Positions 1 through 14,908 are shown, counted from the first letter of the stretch. The stretch: 64,000 nucleotides of DNA from Chrysomallon squamiferum (GCA_012295275.1 CM022678.1:9796001-9860000); one strand, 5' to 3'. Notes: generated by a model from the sequence alone, not told the origin. A program made the numbers and translations.

Positions 1-2452
1 TTGTTCTTGGAGCTTATTAATTTCACAATAAATCTTAATAAAAAAAAAAAAGAAAAAAAAAGAAAAAAAAAAGAATGATAGTTTTCAATTATATTTTATT
101 CTGCTGTATTATATTTATGATCTACTGGATCAGTTACTGAATATGTAAATAAGAGTGGATGAATGAATTGATGTTAGCATGGATCACGAATTTTCAGTGT
201 TGGACTGATGATACGTCTTATTATGTGGATCATGTTCTATAAGCAGTTACAATTTATTTCTTGTTGTGTTATTATTTTTAGATAAACAATTTCCTTTTTG
301 TGAGTTCTCAAGTATTTCTCTACAAATCTATGACATTGTATTTATTTGAAATCTGTTGTAACTGTAAAAACTGCAGTGGACTGAGTTCCAATATTTTCTT
401 CGTTTTGATTGAGATCTTTTATTTGATTCTTGAAAAATTCATTATAATGTTACTGATAATAATAATAAAAAAATAATAATAATAATAATAATAAATATAT
501 AAATAAATAAGTATTTTGGTTTTTAAAATAATAAACTGAAATATAACTACCTGTCAGTTTTGTAAATCCACCTAAGTTAAAAACTAAATCTCATCATATG
601 TGTAGCAACACTGGCTGCAATATAAAATACTACTCATAATTTAGATATATTTTGAACATTTGATTATATAAATATTTGCAGAAAAAAAAAAAAAAAAAAA
701 AAAAGACTTTTCCACGTACAACAAAATCAGTTTGACAATTCTACTTTCATTCCCAAATTTGTTCTCGGTCATATATATAATCTTGAGATTTGATTTCTCA
801 GTCATGAAGTTCATAAAAATTAAATAATCCCCTATAGTTTTAAATAATACAGTAACAAAAATTAACAGTATTTATTAAAACTGATGGTTTTGCAAGTATA
901 TACACACCAAAGTACAATATTGGCTGCTTCAGAGATATAAACAAACAGTAAGAGAAGGTAAACCTATTTTCATGTGAGCATCCATGTAGAGATTTTTATT
1001 TTCTCTTGCACTGACCCAACACAGCTGATCTTCACGCAATAAAAATGAAAATAGATATAACATTTTAGATGATTTTCTGCAGTCAGTTCAGTTTAATTTA
1101 AATAGGTATTAATAACAATAAACACAAGAACAAGAACATAAATAAATAAATAAATAAATTAATTAATTAATTAATTAAATGTAAAAATCTGAAATAAGAA
1201 ATAAATAAAATAAAACATAATAATAATAATAATAATAAAAATTCACACAAATCCTCCAACAATCCCCCTACAATAACAACCAACAAATAACATAAATAAA
1301 TAAACATAAAAAACGATCTTTGTTAAAATGAAGCAAAATATTCAAATAATAAAATGAAAATATATGTCAATATTATTTTTATTGTTTGTAAATTTTTTAT
1401 ATTAAATTTTAATAAAAAGAAGAAAAAAGTTTTAAAATTATTAAGCATTAATAAATAGTATTTACTCAGTTTGAATAGAGTTTTCCGGCAGGTCAATTAA
1501 TATACTGCTTTTCTAACTGAATAGGGGAAACTTTCTTTAGAAATTATATTAATGGAAGAAAACTTGATCTGTTAATATATTAGGAAAGAAAACTATGATT
1601 AGAGCAAAAACATAAAAACATTTTGTTTTACCCAAACGTAAACTTTTACTAGTGTTACTAAATTTTATAATTTTGTTACCAGTTTATAAGTGAGTGTGTG
1701 TTTGTGTGTACAATGTGACCACCCTAATATCCTTGTTCACATGTTTGATTGTTCAGGTCACCATGGAAATTGTATCTTTCCAGTTCTGCATAGAAATTCC
1801 TTCCTTCACAAGATATTCATAAAAATGATGCTAGAATAATCTAAAATGTATTGATTTAGTGAAAAAAAAAAAAAAAAAAAAAAGACGTAATTTTTTTTAA
1901 TAATAATAATAATAAAATTTCTGTAAATCAACAGAACACTGTACAATATGTCTGCCAGGGTCCCTCTTATAGCACTATTACATTATGGTCCATTTGAACA
2001 GTGTGCAATTTTTCAGTAGTGCCTTTTCATAATCTTACGGTTCCCTTTTAATCATTGAACTGCCTCGGCAGAAAATCAGGATCTTTGTTCAGCTGGTAAT
2101 GAGTGGTAATGGTGAATGTCGCCCAGACATAATCCGCAGAACGCTAAAAGTAGAAAGGTATTCACAACGAACATTATTCAAATATTTCAAAAATAGTTAC
2201 GTACGGTTCTTAGATACGGTTCTTACATAAGAAGACACAACAGGGCTCAGCTGCTGTAGCTCAGCTGGTTTTATGCATGTGTGACGTCACTGTACTAAAC
2301 TGTCTCCAGTCAGCGTTATTACTCAGTCGTTCAACGAACTTCTCTGTAAATATCGTAATTTAATGCCAGCTGTTAACCTTGGTTATATTTAGTTTTATAA
2401 ACAAAATTTTATAATTAAATCCTTTAGCATAATAATTTATTTCGTTTTCAAG

Positions 2453-2512
<60 letters not shown>

Positions 2513-3370
2513 CTCTTTACAAAAAGTGGGGAAACATGAAATATTAATGTTAATATGAGTTATCGAACAGAACATAATTTTTAACACAGACATCCTAGCA
2601 AAGAAGGTTCAGGTCTGTTTATCAACACACTGAAACACATTCCATCACGTGGCATCTTTTCTTATGTTGCCTGTTCATTCTCGAACTGCCTTACTTGCAC
2701 GGTGGAAATGAAAGGCAAGCAAACCCTAAAATTCGATTAATGATAGATTGTGCAAAGAAGGGTCATCTCTGGGAAGTACTACCGAGGCAAGATCAGCATA
2801 ACAAACGCCCTCAAATGACCACTGGGAGACTTGTACGCAGTTTGCCACTGAATGAATGTCTTACACATCGTGGTGGTAGCATTTCAAATTTAAAATTTCT
2901 TCTCTGACCCCAGTCGTCACTGGAGGTTTTAAAACCCACTGAAATACTGAACCACAGGCTGAAATGTTTGACCAAGTAATTCGCTAATATACCTTACGAT
3001 TTTAGCAACTGCAATTTCTTATTAGAGTTCCCTTCTTTTTTTTTGAAGAGTATATGTTGTTGACACCAATCCACTTGTAAACTGATGTGTCACAATTATT
3101 ATGTAAATTTTGTTTTATTGTTAATATTAACTATTTATTATTGTGGCTGTTGTTGTTATTCTTATTCTTTTTCTCTCTCTCTCTCTCTTTTTTTTATCTG
3201 TTAAGAAATGTTTGGTTTTTTTTAATCATTAATTAAATAATTAATTAATTTTATCATCATTCTACCCTTTGTAATGAATCTTAACTCATAACGAAATAAT
3301 AAATAACCGAAAAAAAAAAAAAAATAATAATAGAAAGAAATACCCGGCTATTTCTAAACCACACCTGAAT
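1..3370 (+). repeat. Copy 1 of a long near-identical duplication (partner at 62517-64000)
   Basis: 1-1276 matches 62517-63742 and 3104-3370 matches ~63740-64000 almost base for base. Differences are homopolymer/microsatellite lengths, a few SNPs, a 33-bp indel (1035-1067) and a ~1.83-kb indel (1277-3106). Confidence 0.95.
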
Positions 3371-3858
3371 CTCCATTTTTCTATGGCTCCGACTGTAGTC
3401 ATAATAAAGCTTTTTATTGTACTGCTAGAACAACAACTAAATAAATTAATTGATAAAAATATAAAATACAAACAAACAGCATCACTTCGCCATCATAACA
3501 AGACGCCAGAGGATAAAACAGCAGCTAAAATATTTAGTCACTGTTGTTTTCTTACGATGCGTGACAGTTTACCCAAAACAATAAAATAATAACTTGCAAG
3601 TACAAAGATTTTTATTGTTGTTGTTGTATTCACACTTTAAAATAATGAGACGGTTATAACCTTAATTGTATTTCTCAGCCTCTTGTAACAACAATACGAC
3701 TGTGATATGCAATAATAATGATAAATGAGTTGGTCGAGCTATAATTTCTGAATAACGTTTGTAAGGTGGGGAAAGTTACTAACAATTAGTAATTGTTAAC
3801 AGTGTAACAACTCGCTCTGAGTAGTTGGTCAAATTCAGACTAAATTACTTTTTTAATA

Positions 3859-3903
<45 letters not shown>

Positions 3904-4217
3904 ATTTTATATTAAAAATCCATAACTTTCGAACAATTTGACTCACAATTTTAAATATTTTGTTTCTGAAATCAGGATAAAAAGATCTACAGTTATAATT
4001 AACAACACCCCCAACAACAAACAACAACAACAACAACAATAGTATAGATAAAGAAAAAGTAACACTGATAATCAAAATAACTGAAAAATAAATATGTTTA
4101 AAAAGCTATGACATAATAAAACAGCAAAAAAAAAAAATTTAAAATAATAAATTTAATGATATGAAATCACATAAACTTTAAATGTGTGTGTGTGTGTGTG
4201 TGCGTGTGTGTGTGTTT

Positions 4218-4415
4218 TAATGTTGCCGTTGTTGCCGTTGTACCGGCGTTGTTTCTAACGTTATTCCAGTACACTTCATTATTCCTTTTGGTTTTCTTTC
4301 CGTGTCCAATATATACTAAAATATATTATTATTATCTCTGCTAATGCCGCCGTCGTTGGCGTCGTAACGTTCTGATTATTCTTTTCCTTTTTGATTAACT
4401 ATTATTCATACTTTA
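4218..4415 (+). repeat. Left part of a diverged ~125-145-bp tandem repeat array
   Basis: Units containing ttaatgtygccgtcgttgccgtcgtaacggcgttgtt at ~4218 and ~4342. The same motif resumes at 6779-7380. Confidence 0.75.
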
Positions 4416-4639
4416 ATGATCAGCTCGAGAGTGGTGTTACGGGTTCTTGTTTCACAGAATGATCTGGCGACAGACAGACGTACGTCTAGCGGCAAGGTTC
4501 GTAACACGTCGTCAAATAACTCGAGTCCCGTTCCTTGTTATAAAAGCCCGAAGGTTTGTTTGTTAAGGATACGACAGCCACGCCCACTGACCTGTCAGAA
4601 AGCGTGCCTGACGTAGTCGTGCCTCACAACAGCTCGCTC

Positions 4640-5345
4640 TGATTAGCATGTTAAATTTTTCCATTTCCATGTATTACGGCAGAACAGATTGGAAATGTGT
4701 TGTTAACTCACAGTGCACAAACTACGTCGTGTCTGTGGACAACATGTTCCAGCCGGCAGAACTGATGCAGCAACAACCACGCGGCCGTTTCATTCCAGTA
4801 CATCCAAGAGAACCGCGATGACGTAGGATTTCATTTCAGTAAATCCAAGAGAACTGCCATGAGTAGGATTTCATTCCAGTACATCCAAGAGAACTGTCAT
4901 GAGTAGGATTTCATTCCGCTCCTAGGACGTCAGATGAAATTGAGAGATCTGCTCACAACGCTGCACGCGCTGTATTCCTCACCACACGACTCAGTCGTTT
5001 TTATTTCCCAGTACACTCAGAGTATTTGTCGTCTGTAGCCTAAACTAGGATTGGCTTCAGAAAATACTGAAAACAGTGATGTACAAAAGGTGGCAAGTCG
5101 TGCTTCAGCCCTTCCGATGATGCCGCTGGACAAAGTTGAGGATGTTTTGACACAGTTGCCGACAGTCCCCAGAATGAAAAGGTAACATTGCTGATGGACT
5201 ACGTCACTAACACCTGGATGAAAGGGACCTGAACTCCAGAAATGTAGAAACACTTTGGCAATGACTGTCACCGAACAAATAACCACTTGGAAGGATGGCG
5301 CCATGAAATCAATCAACTCGCACAGAAGAGTCATCCGACCACATC
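4640..5345 (+). mobile_element. Decayed Mutator/MULE-type DDE transposase relic
   Basis: Frameshifted translation gives WKCV..C (FLYWCH-like, ~4690), DEIERSAHNAARAVF, QYTQSICRL*PKLGL..ALPMMPLDKVEDV and DYVTNTWM..*TPEM*KHFGNDCHRTNNHLEGWRHEINQLAQKSHP. This matches the MULE DFE..AI..VFP / HFxQ / RTNNxxEGWH..HP motif series. Multiple stops. Confidence 0.85.
4790..4917 (+). repeat. ~40-bp tandem repeat, 3 copies, inside the MULE relic
   Basis: ttcattccagtacatccaagagaactgycatgagtaggat repeated. Confidence 0.9.
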
Positions 5346-5980
5346 GAGAACTTTAGCGACAATCAACGGAAATATTATTTAAAATAAATCACCTTCGTTT
5401 GCTTTTCTTTTTCATTTTTTCATCATTTCTTTCTTTCTTTCTTTATTTATTTACTAATTTGTTTCTTTATTTGTTTATTTATTCTGTGTTTTGTTGTTCT
5501 CTCATCATTGTACTTCTCTTTGAATATTTAATTTCAGGTACATTTTGTAACAATTGTAGTCTCCGTTATTGTCATTATTGTACGTTTTGCGTTCAAAATG
5601 AATCGTGGAACTGAATTATGGAGACAATTAATGTATTACTGAAATTTGAATAAAAATGTTATGCTATTTTTATAGTGAATAGTTTGTTGTATTAACATAT
5701 ACAAATTAACATACAGAAAGATAGACACACAGACATACGACGTAAGGATAGATTTATACCAGAGCGTTAAAACTTAAGTATATTGTTGTATATCATTTTA
5801 ACATTTTAATTTGTTTTATTTATTTGTAATACCAACAACATAACCACTGAAACGAACTCTAACTGCTAACAAGTGCATTGTGGTACAGAAGTAGTCCGTT
5901 GTTACCTTTTGACTGCACACACTGTCAACCAGGTAAAAGGGAATTTAATGAGTACAGGGACGTAGATAGATCCTAATTAG

Positions 5981-6258
5981 TACACAAGTTTTTCTACGTC
6001 CCAAAGATACAGTTACAGATATATTAACAAGAAATCCCGCGACGTAGAATTCATTTTAGCACCATCTACACAAGTTTTTCTACGTCCCAAAGATACAGTG
6101 ACAGATATATTAACAACAAATCCCGCGACGTAGAACTCATTTTAGCACCATCTATACAAGTTTTTCTACGTCCCAAAGATACAGTGACAGATATATTAAC
6201 ACGAAATCCCGCGACCGTACAATTCATTTTAACACCATTTATACAAGTTCTTCTACGT
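5981..6258 (+). repeat. 86-bp tandem repeat, ~3.2 copies
   Basis: tacacaagtttttctacgtcccaaagatacag... starts at 5981, 6067, 6153 and 6240. Confidence 0.92.
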
Positions 6259-6742
6259 ACAGGGCCAAATATACAAAGGCAAATAAACAATGACAAATAT
6301 ATTAACGTTGTATTTTATTGAGTTCTGTACAAATTACGTTACATTTGCTGTTACTAGCTGTTTTTATGAATACAGTGTGATTGATATGTAATAACGAATA
6401 TTTTGTTAAGAATACTATTACATGGATGATTTTTACACGGCATAATGGAAAAATAGTTTTGATATTTAGGATTTCTTCGATAATACAGTTACGCAGATCT
6501 AAAACGCTGTAAATTACAATAAAAGGTGAAGCAGTAATATTAACCGAATATTTTAAACAATTAAGCTGTTTCCAGACTAACGTCTTATTAACATAACTAG
6601 ATTACAGACGAGGTTCCTAGAATAAAAGTGAAAAAATGCTGGATTACGTTGATATAAATGAGAAATTACATTGATAATTAAAGTTTATGTCGATAACGTT
6701 TATTTTATTCGGACACTGATATTATAATTACTCCTCATCCTT

Positions 6743-7380
6743 TCACCACCTATTAAAACATATTATTGTAATCTCTATTAATGTCGCCGTCGTTGCCGTC
6801 GAACTGGCGCTGTTCCTAACGTTACTGGTGTACTCCTCATCATTCGTTTTCGTTTTTTATTCGCTGTTATTCTTATTCTCTGACCGAGCCCATCATATAT
6901 TAAAATATATTATTATTATCTCCATTAATGTCGCCGTCATTACTGTCGCAACGGCGTTGTTCCCCATGTTCTAGGTGTACTTATCCTTTTTCTTTTGCTT
7001 TTTATTAACTATTATTCATGTGTTGTTAGTGTAAAATCCTATGTTAAAAAGTATTATTACTATTCTATTAAATATAACTATCGTTGCTAGCTTTCAACGA
7101 GTATTTCTCATTATTCTTTACGGCTTCTTTTTATTAATTCTTCGTCATACTTTCTGAGCGGGCGCGTCACCTATTAAAATATATTATTTTAATTTCTATT
7201 AATGTCGCCGGCAATACCGACGTAACAACGTTGTTATCAACGTTTACGGTGTATTCTCTTTATTCTCTTGCTTTTTAATAAGTATTATCCATACTTTCTT
7301 AGTGTCCGCATTACTATTTGTGTTAATATCGCCATATTTGCCGTCGTAACGGCGTTGTTCCTGGCTTTGTTGGAGTACTT
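6743..7380 (+). repeat. Right part of the diverged ~125-145-bp tandem array, ~5 units
   Basis: tattaaaatatattatt...ttaatgtcgccgtc..gtaacggcgttgtt units near 6779, 6925, 7071, 7199 and 7323. Confidence 0.8.
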
Positions 7381-7572
7381 CTAATAATGGAAACAAAACT
7401 GACTCTTTATAAACTTAATGAAGTTAACATATGGTAGTATTGAAATATTTTGCTCTACATTATTTTATAGAATTAGCCGAATTCATCGAAAAGTTGTAAA
7501 TCAAATTTCTCTTGATATTGCATATGCATTAATGGTCTAAGGGAAATAACCTATTTAACCTGTTTGTAAAAT

Positions 7573-7910
<338 letters not shown>

Positions 7911-9227
7911 GTAAGTTTACACTACTGACTGATACTCAGTTTTTTTTTATAGATGTATACTCTTGATTAAATAATTTTTTTATTAAACCCTGTTATAATC
8001 AGAGAGAGACGATATGAAATTATAATAATTTCGTTTCTTACACCTACAAACAATTTTAAAAAGAGAGAGAACAATACTTCCTAATCGATTATTCTATTAA
8101 AATGTTTTTATTGTATCTAGAGGAAAGAAGTTCTAGACATGATTCTGATGTTTAGTTAGTTTTCTGTAAATCACATGGTAAGTGTATGGAGAGTATCAGA
8201 GATCCTGGGGTATCTCTAATATTATGTAAACAAAAGTATCAGTCTGTAGTGCAAACTTATTGGTCAGCTTCAGACGAAACGTCTTTTAAATCATATTTCT
8301 AAGTGAGCAGCTGCTGATTGTGGTTCCATCAGTCTTTTGTCTAAAATATTTAATAATTAATTATTTTACTAATGTTTGCTGTTACAGTTTCTTTAATGTA
8401 GTAATATAGCATATAGAAAAATATAGAAAAATATTGATTGTCTTATTCTTGCCAAATTTACAGATTTAATTAATATTTGAGAAACAAAACGAAAGTTGAC
8501 AAATTGAACATTTATTTTATTTTGTAACATGATTACATTATTTAGCATTAATGTACTATTAATGGAATGACATACGCCCTTTGTGACAGAATCACAAATG
8601 ACCTTTCTCTCTCAAGATGTTTGTTTTTCTGGAAAGAAGAAAATGAGAAACATTTCTCTACCTTATATCTACCTTATCTAACATAGTTCTTGAATAAAAG
8701 GCAGTCTACAAAAACAAGACATTTTTGATATTTAAAAATGTTCACCTCTTGAAACATAATAAACCAGAATCTTTCCATTCTGAAAACTGGATTTTCTTTC
8801 TAACCTATTAGTCTTTCTTAACATAAAAAATGCAATAATATAAAATTAATATTTACTTTGACTATAACTTTTCTCTCTCGTAAGATATCTGCTTTGCTTT
8901 TGTATAAGCAAATATTTCTTATTTAAAATTTCATTTATCATCAGTAATAAACATGGATTAAAAGGTGTTTGTAAAGTGTCATGCGAGGTCACGATTACGT
9001 CATTACTTTTACATACTATACCATGTAAAACAAGTTTCTGAGGTGAAGATAATGATAATTCTTTTTCAAAATAAATAAATAGACAAAAAGAAGAACAAAT
9101 TCAGGAAAAGGGGATGATTTTGAAATGAATATAAAATATAATATTATTTCCGCTCATTCTACATTTTGCCTTATAAACTGCGCTGCTGGATAAGCTTAAT
9201 GTTTCTTTTCTCTTTTTTTAATCGTTT

Positions 9228-9278
<51 letters not shown>

Positions 9279-9576
9279 CTAATACGTGGCAAAGTTTATA
9301 CGAATAAAAATATGACTGATTAAAAAATAACGTGTTATTTTCTTTATCTGCTCGGCGTTACGCAATGTTAATCAGTGAGATATTGACAGTTTACATTTTA
9401 TATAGACTAATTATCAGTATAATTAGAGAGATATAACATATTAACCTCACCACTTCCTGTAAAACACCTTTTCTTTTAAAATCTCTAAATAAGAGAATTT
9501 TACTCTCATAGCGTCTCTGTAGTTCTAGATATTATGTTTGTAATTATCACATTAATAAGTAACAGAAAACCACATT

Positions 9577-9673
<97 letters not shown>

Positions 9674-10743
9674 GTGTGTGTGTGTGTGTGTGTGCAGAGG
9701 AGTTTTTCAAATTAAGGTTTTTGAATACAGTAACCAATATGTTACCGGTTAATCATTTAATTTATATGTCTAATATCATATTTAATTTGGATCAGCGTAG
9801 ATAATTTTAGACTGCTCGACAGAATTTACGTTTTTATTTAATACCAGCTGTGCAGCTTATACGAATAAATTGAGTGAAAAGTACGTTCTATCTTAGTAAC
9901 ATCGATATTTTATTAAGTTTATCTCTGTTTTGCATCATAACAAATATTGATAATATACATAATTTCAGTATAATTTTGGATACAGATAGAGAAATATTAT
10001 CGGCTTTTACAGAAAAATTTGGATACTTTTAATAACAGTAAATATATTCGTTCAATTTCAAACTAACTTTGAAAATTGCGATCATCATAAATCTACCTGA
10101 ACATCATTTATTATCAAATTATAGACAAAATGAATTGATTCCATAGACAGACACACATACATACAGACAGAAAAACCCGAAACTGAACTGAATACTTAAA
10201 ATCACCAGTAAAAGAAAAGATGTAAAAAGCAAGCTTAATGTGGTATTATATTATAATTCATGTACAAACATTTTCTTACAAGTTCATTTGCCTATGAAAT
10301 GTAAAACGTCTATCCATCCTAGCTATCTTCAATGTATCTATCAGTCTATTATTTAACTACATACGTAAACTCCAGCTCACTGATATCAACTTATGTATAT
10401 AACTATCCTCTAAGGCAAACACGTAAACCAAACTCTTTCTTTTCTCTCTCTGTGTGTGTCTAATCTATCTATTTATCTACTATAACTGTTTTTGTCTATA
10501 ATGACGACAGTTATAATATCTGACATAACGACATTAACAATAATTGCAATAATACTACATAAAATGATAATAAAATAATAATTACGAAAGACTACTGAAA
10601 CGAGGGAAAAGAAAGGATTAAGAAAAAAAATAAAACGATTATTTCAGGCAAATATTTATTATAAAGAAACAGTTACATTAAATAGAAATAAACAAATAAT
10701 ATATAGGTTTAAATAAAATCATTTTAGTGAACTTAAGATGTCA

Positions 10744-10936
10744 CTAGTAATCATTCGCCTCTTCTTTGTCCTTATCATTTACTGAAACAAAAAAAACAAA
10801 AACAAAAATTATTTCTGCGTCATTTCTTTTTACTTTCTTTCTTCTTTTTTTTAAACTTTTACTCAACACTCAGTCTTTCTTGTATATTTACCAACGTGTG
10901 TGTTAAATAGAGTTATTTCCCGTAGTCCACGAACAT
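10744..10936 (-). CDS. Two candidate terminal exons (10892-10936 and 10744-10781), possibly the 3' end of the CUB-Ig receptor
   Basis: ttcag| acceptors, a G|gtaaat donor and compatible phase 1 give DVRGLREITLFNTHV-VNDKDKEEANDY* followed by TAG TGA. The link to upstream exons is not established. Confidence 0.35.
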
Positions 10937-11483
10937 CTGAAATAGACTACTCGTCGCATATGACGGTAAATTAGATGTGCTGCTTTTAGATGAAAATAAC
11001 TAATTCTGCATAATGTTTTGTAGCAGACAGAACCAGCTTATTAACATAGCCTGCGTTTTCTTTGTCTTTTATATAACCAGTTTCCTTTATTTTTGGTTTA
11101 TTTAATGTGATAATTATTATATAATTGAATTACTGCAAAGGTGGTAACATTTCATTTTTTTTTTTTTTTTTTTTTTGTTCTTTTGTAACGTGGACGTAAT
11201 ATACCATCTCGTACTATTTTATTTCCCTTTTTATATTTATTTCCATTTTGAATGCTTTAGAGGTGATATTTACATGTAAAAAGCAAACTGATCACGTATT
11301 ATTTGAAAGACTGCCTTGATACATTCATTGTAATGCCTGATAACAGTTTTACAACAAAACAATTTAAATAAAAATTTTAAAGGACCTTCAAAAATAAATG
11401 TTTCACTCTTTTTCGTTAAAACAAAAAGCATTCGACTTCTGAAACATGTACTGTTTTGTATGCAAATAATGAATGTGGTATTT

Positions 11484-11517
<34 letters not shown>

Positions 11518-13633
11518 ATTTTCAACTTATTTTGTATTGCTTAACTTTAACATAATTTGATCTAATCAATGCATTCTTCAATGGAAAAATCCTTCTAAAT
11601 AATTATTCTATTAAAGTTTATTATTTTATCTACTTAAACCAGATTACATTACGCACAGTTATTTCAAATATTTCAGTGCAATCTCATGCCAGAGAGCGGT
11701 CAAAGTCTTGTAACGTAGATACTGTACGTGTCATGAATACATAAAATGTGGTCAGTTCAAATGTTTACTTCCTGGGGATTGAACGTCGGCTTAATTGGGG
11801 TATATATATATATATCTATATATCTATCTATCTATCTATATATATATATATATACACACACACACAGACACATACAGAAATCGTACAATAAAGAATACAA
11901 TCAGAACAAAAGAAAAAGAAAAACAATAAGGAAGGTAAAAATATCAAAAGGAACATTATTAAATATAACATTATAAACAATTCATTGATAACCAGCTTAT
12001 ATTATTTGAATAGCTAATAATAAATTTAGTGACGGTAATAAGAGCACCCTTTGATATACACGCACTATTCTGTTAGCTCACCAATCCATCCACGATCAAA
12101 GAAAGGGCGATAAAGTTCAAGTAATACACATAAAAGTACGTAAACCAGATTACATTACACACGTTCGCAACGGGGAAAGTGGCAACGTCTTTAACCTGTC
12201 TAGTTCAAGCTGTTCACTTATATAAAAACAGAAACAAATAAATAAATTATCTCATATAACAATAATTAAATTGCCGGCATTAACTTAAATAAACAAACAG
12301 TACTTTTGGAAATATTTTTTAGCATTTAGCTAAGATATAATTTTGTCCAAGGTTAATACTGAAGATTTCTACCTGTCTTTAGTGTAACATGTACGTTTAT
12401 ACAATTGCAATCGTTTAGTATTAAAAGGAATAGTTATATATCGATATCAAAGCATCTAGTTAACATTATCTTTTGTGTCAGGTGAGAATAATAGCGTTTT
12501 GGTAAACTACTTAACACTGATTGATCATATGACTAACATAATGCAGCACTCTGTTCTGTTTTCAGCTCAACTCGACATGTCTATAATAAAAATTATTCCA
12601 AAACGACAAGACTGGTCGGCCTAAGTAAAAATAAAAGAAGAAAGATTAACGATGTTACATAAGTAAAGACAGATAAAATAAAAATAAATGTAGATGTTCT
12701 TTACTAGCGTGTTGGAATTCACAAGTGAAAATATTTAGGATGTCAAACCCGCCTGAGAAATACTGGCAAATAAATAAAGATGTATATTGTATGTGCATAC
12801 TTCAATGTGTCAAGGCAGATATTTTTTTTTTTTTTTTTTTTTCCGAATTTAACTTCTGAGATAGTCAGTTCAACATTTACACGTACACTGACCTAAACAC
12901 TTGAAGTCTTGAAAGCCAGGTTTGGTGTGATATGAAATATATTGGAGATGATTAGAAAATATATCTTAAGAATGGGCTTGCTATTCATAATGTATTCGCA
13001 AAGAAAAAGAAACAAAATTACGATGCCAAAAGTTTTAATGGAAATGATCTCTGGAAGCTGAAACCAGCAAACTTTCGATATTACCTCCCACTTGTTATGA
13101 ATAACCAAGAAACAGCTTGCCTTCATTTAAATAACTCATTCGTCACTTGACTATCATAAATCTAAATAATAATGATCATACATAATAAGAACATGCAGTG
13201 ATTAGTGTGTTTTTATTTTGCATATAATAGCATTTTAGAAAACATTCCATATACAGGCTTTATTATTATTATTGTTGTTGTTCTTGATGTTGTTGTTGTT
13301 GTTGTTAGCCGCGACAAGCTTCCATGCAACTGACAACTTGCAGCGAATCCGGATAACGAAATCACTTCATACACAGAGACGGGTGGATCTTTAGTTTGGC
13401 CTGAATAAGAAAAATTCTAACAGTTTATTTAGATATACACGAATGCTCAAAGTTTATCTAACTGCCCGAAAATAAATGTATTGATGTATACTATTATAAA
13501 ACATGCAAACAAAACAGCACATTAAAAATGCTGCTTGGCTCATAAGAAAGAAACTTACGAAACTGGATCGTAACGTTTGTTAAGACAAGTTAGAAATGTT
13601 CTTCGAAGCTGGAATTCAATAATAATAGTAGTA

Positions 13634-13703
<70 letters not shown>

Positions 13704-13849
13704 AACAATAAAATGAAGATGAAGAAGAAGAAAATGACGAAGGCTTCCTTATCAAACTGATCTCGTTTTCCAGATAAATATTTTAAAATATAAAATATAT
13801 TAAATATATTTACTTCTGTAATTATAACTCAGTATTTCAGCTGGATTTG

Positions 13850-14908
13850 TTGCATATTTCAATGACCTGATTCCAAACACTCTTTTCTGTTGCTGTACTG
13901 TTATATAGCTGCTGATAGTTGAGATAATCGAAGACTGAGATTTTTTCTTTTAGTTATTGCATTATTAAATTTGAAATGTCGAAGCAGGTCATTGGTTTCA
14001 TTGTTCTCAGACATGTGTAATTTCTGTAATTTATAGAAAATAACACAATTCTACTACAAACTGCTTTATAAATATTTCTTTCACATACCGGGCCTCTTTT
14101 CTCGCTTTATTTCTTGTATATTTCAATGACTTAACTTGACACACACGTTTTTGTTTGTGTGTTTTTATGTATCGGCTGACAGCAGTCATACTTCTAACTT
14201 ATGTACGCTGATAAAAATAAACAAGAATATGAAACGTTTGTGAATTTAAAAAGGAAAGTAGAAAGTTGTCTTTTATTTAGTCTAACAGTTCGTTTGACAT
14301 CTAGCTAGGACATGTAACTCTGATTTAAAATGTTGTTATTCCGATCTTATACTTTATATTTACCTAATAGTTTACTTATTACTTGTCCATTAAATAATAA
14401 TTCACGAATAGTTGACTGATATAAAAATTATAACTCCATGGAAGTGTAATATACAAATACACAAGAAGCAAATAACACAACAGACTAACTAATAACTTAG
14501 CTTAGCACAGACACGATAAGAACACATAAATCGATGGGAAATGTTTTTTTTGGAAAGAATAAGATTTAGATGCCCTAACAAAAATTGCTATTTAGATAAA
14601 AGTAAGGCAAAGATTTTTTCTTTTAATTATTTGACTTTTGCAATATTAAATTTAAAATCTAGACGCATGTCATTTCTTTCATTGTTCTCTGATCCAAACA
14701 TTAGACACATGTAATTTCTTTATGTTATAGAACAAAATGAATTCTACAACAAACAGCTTTATAAATATTTCTTACATCTACCAGGTCTCTTTATTCGCTA
14801 TTTATTGCTTATTTCAATAACGTAACTTGACACACCCGTTTTTTGTGTGTGTATTTTTATGTACCGGCTGACAGCAGTCATAGTTCTGACTCATGCAGTG
14901 TGATAAAA
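13850..14908 (+). repeat. Old diverged direct duplication (~230-bp homologous segments)
   Basis: 13990-14215 aligns with 14670-14908 (e.g. aacttgacacac...cggctgacagcagtcata). A more degenerate partial copy lies at ~13850-13930. Confidence 0.75.

Noticed and set aside
1277-3106. PIF/Harbinger insertion with a TAA target-site duplication
   Set aside because: No terminal inverted repeats (caaccaac... vs ...ttattatg), and TAA is very common in this AT-rich DNA.
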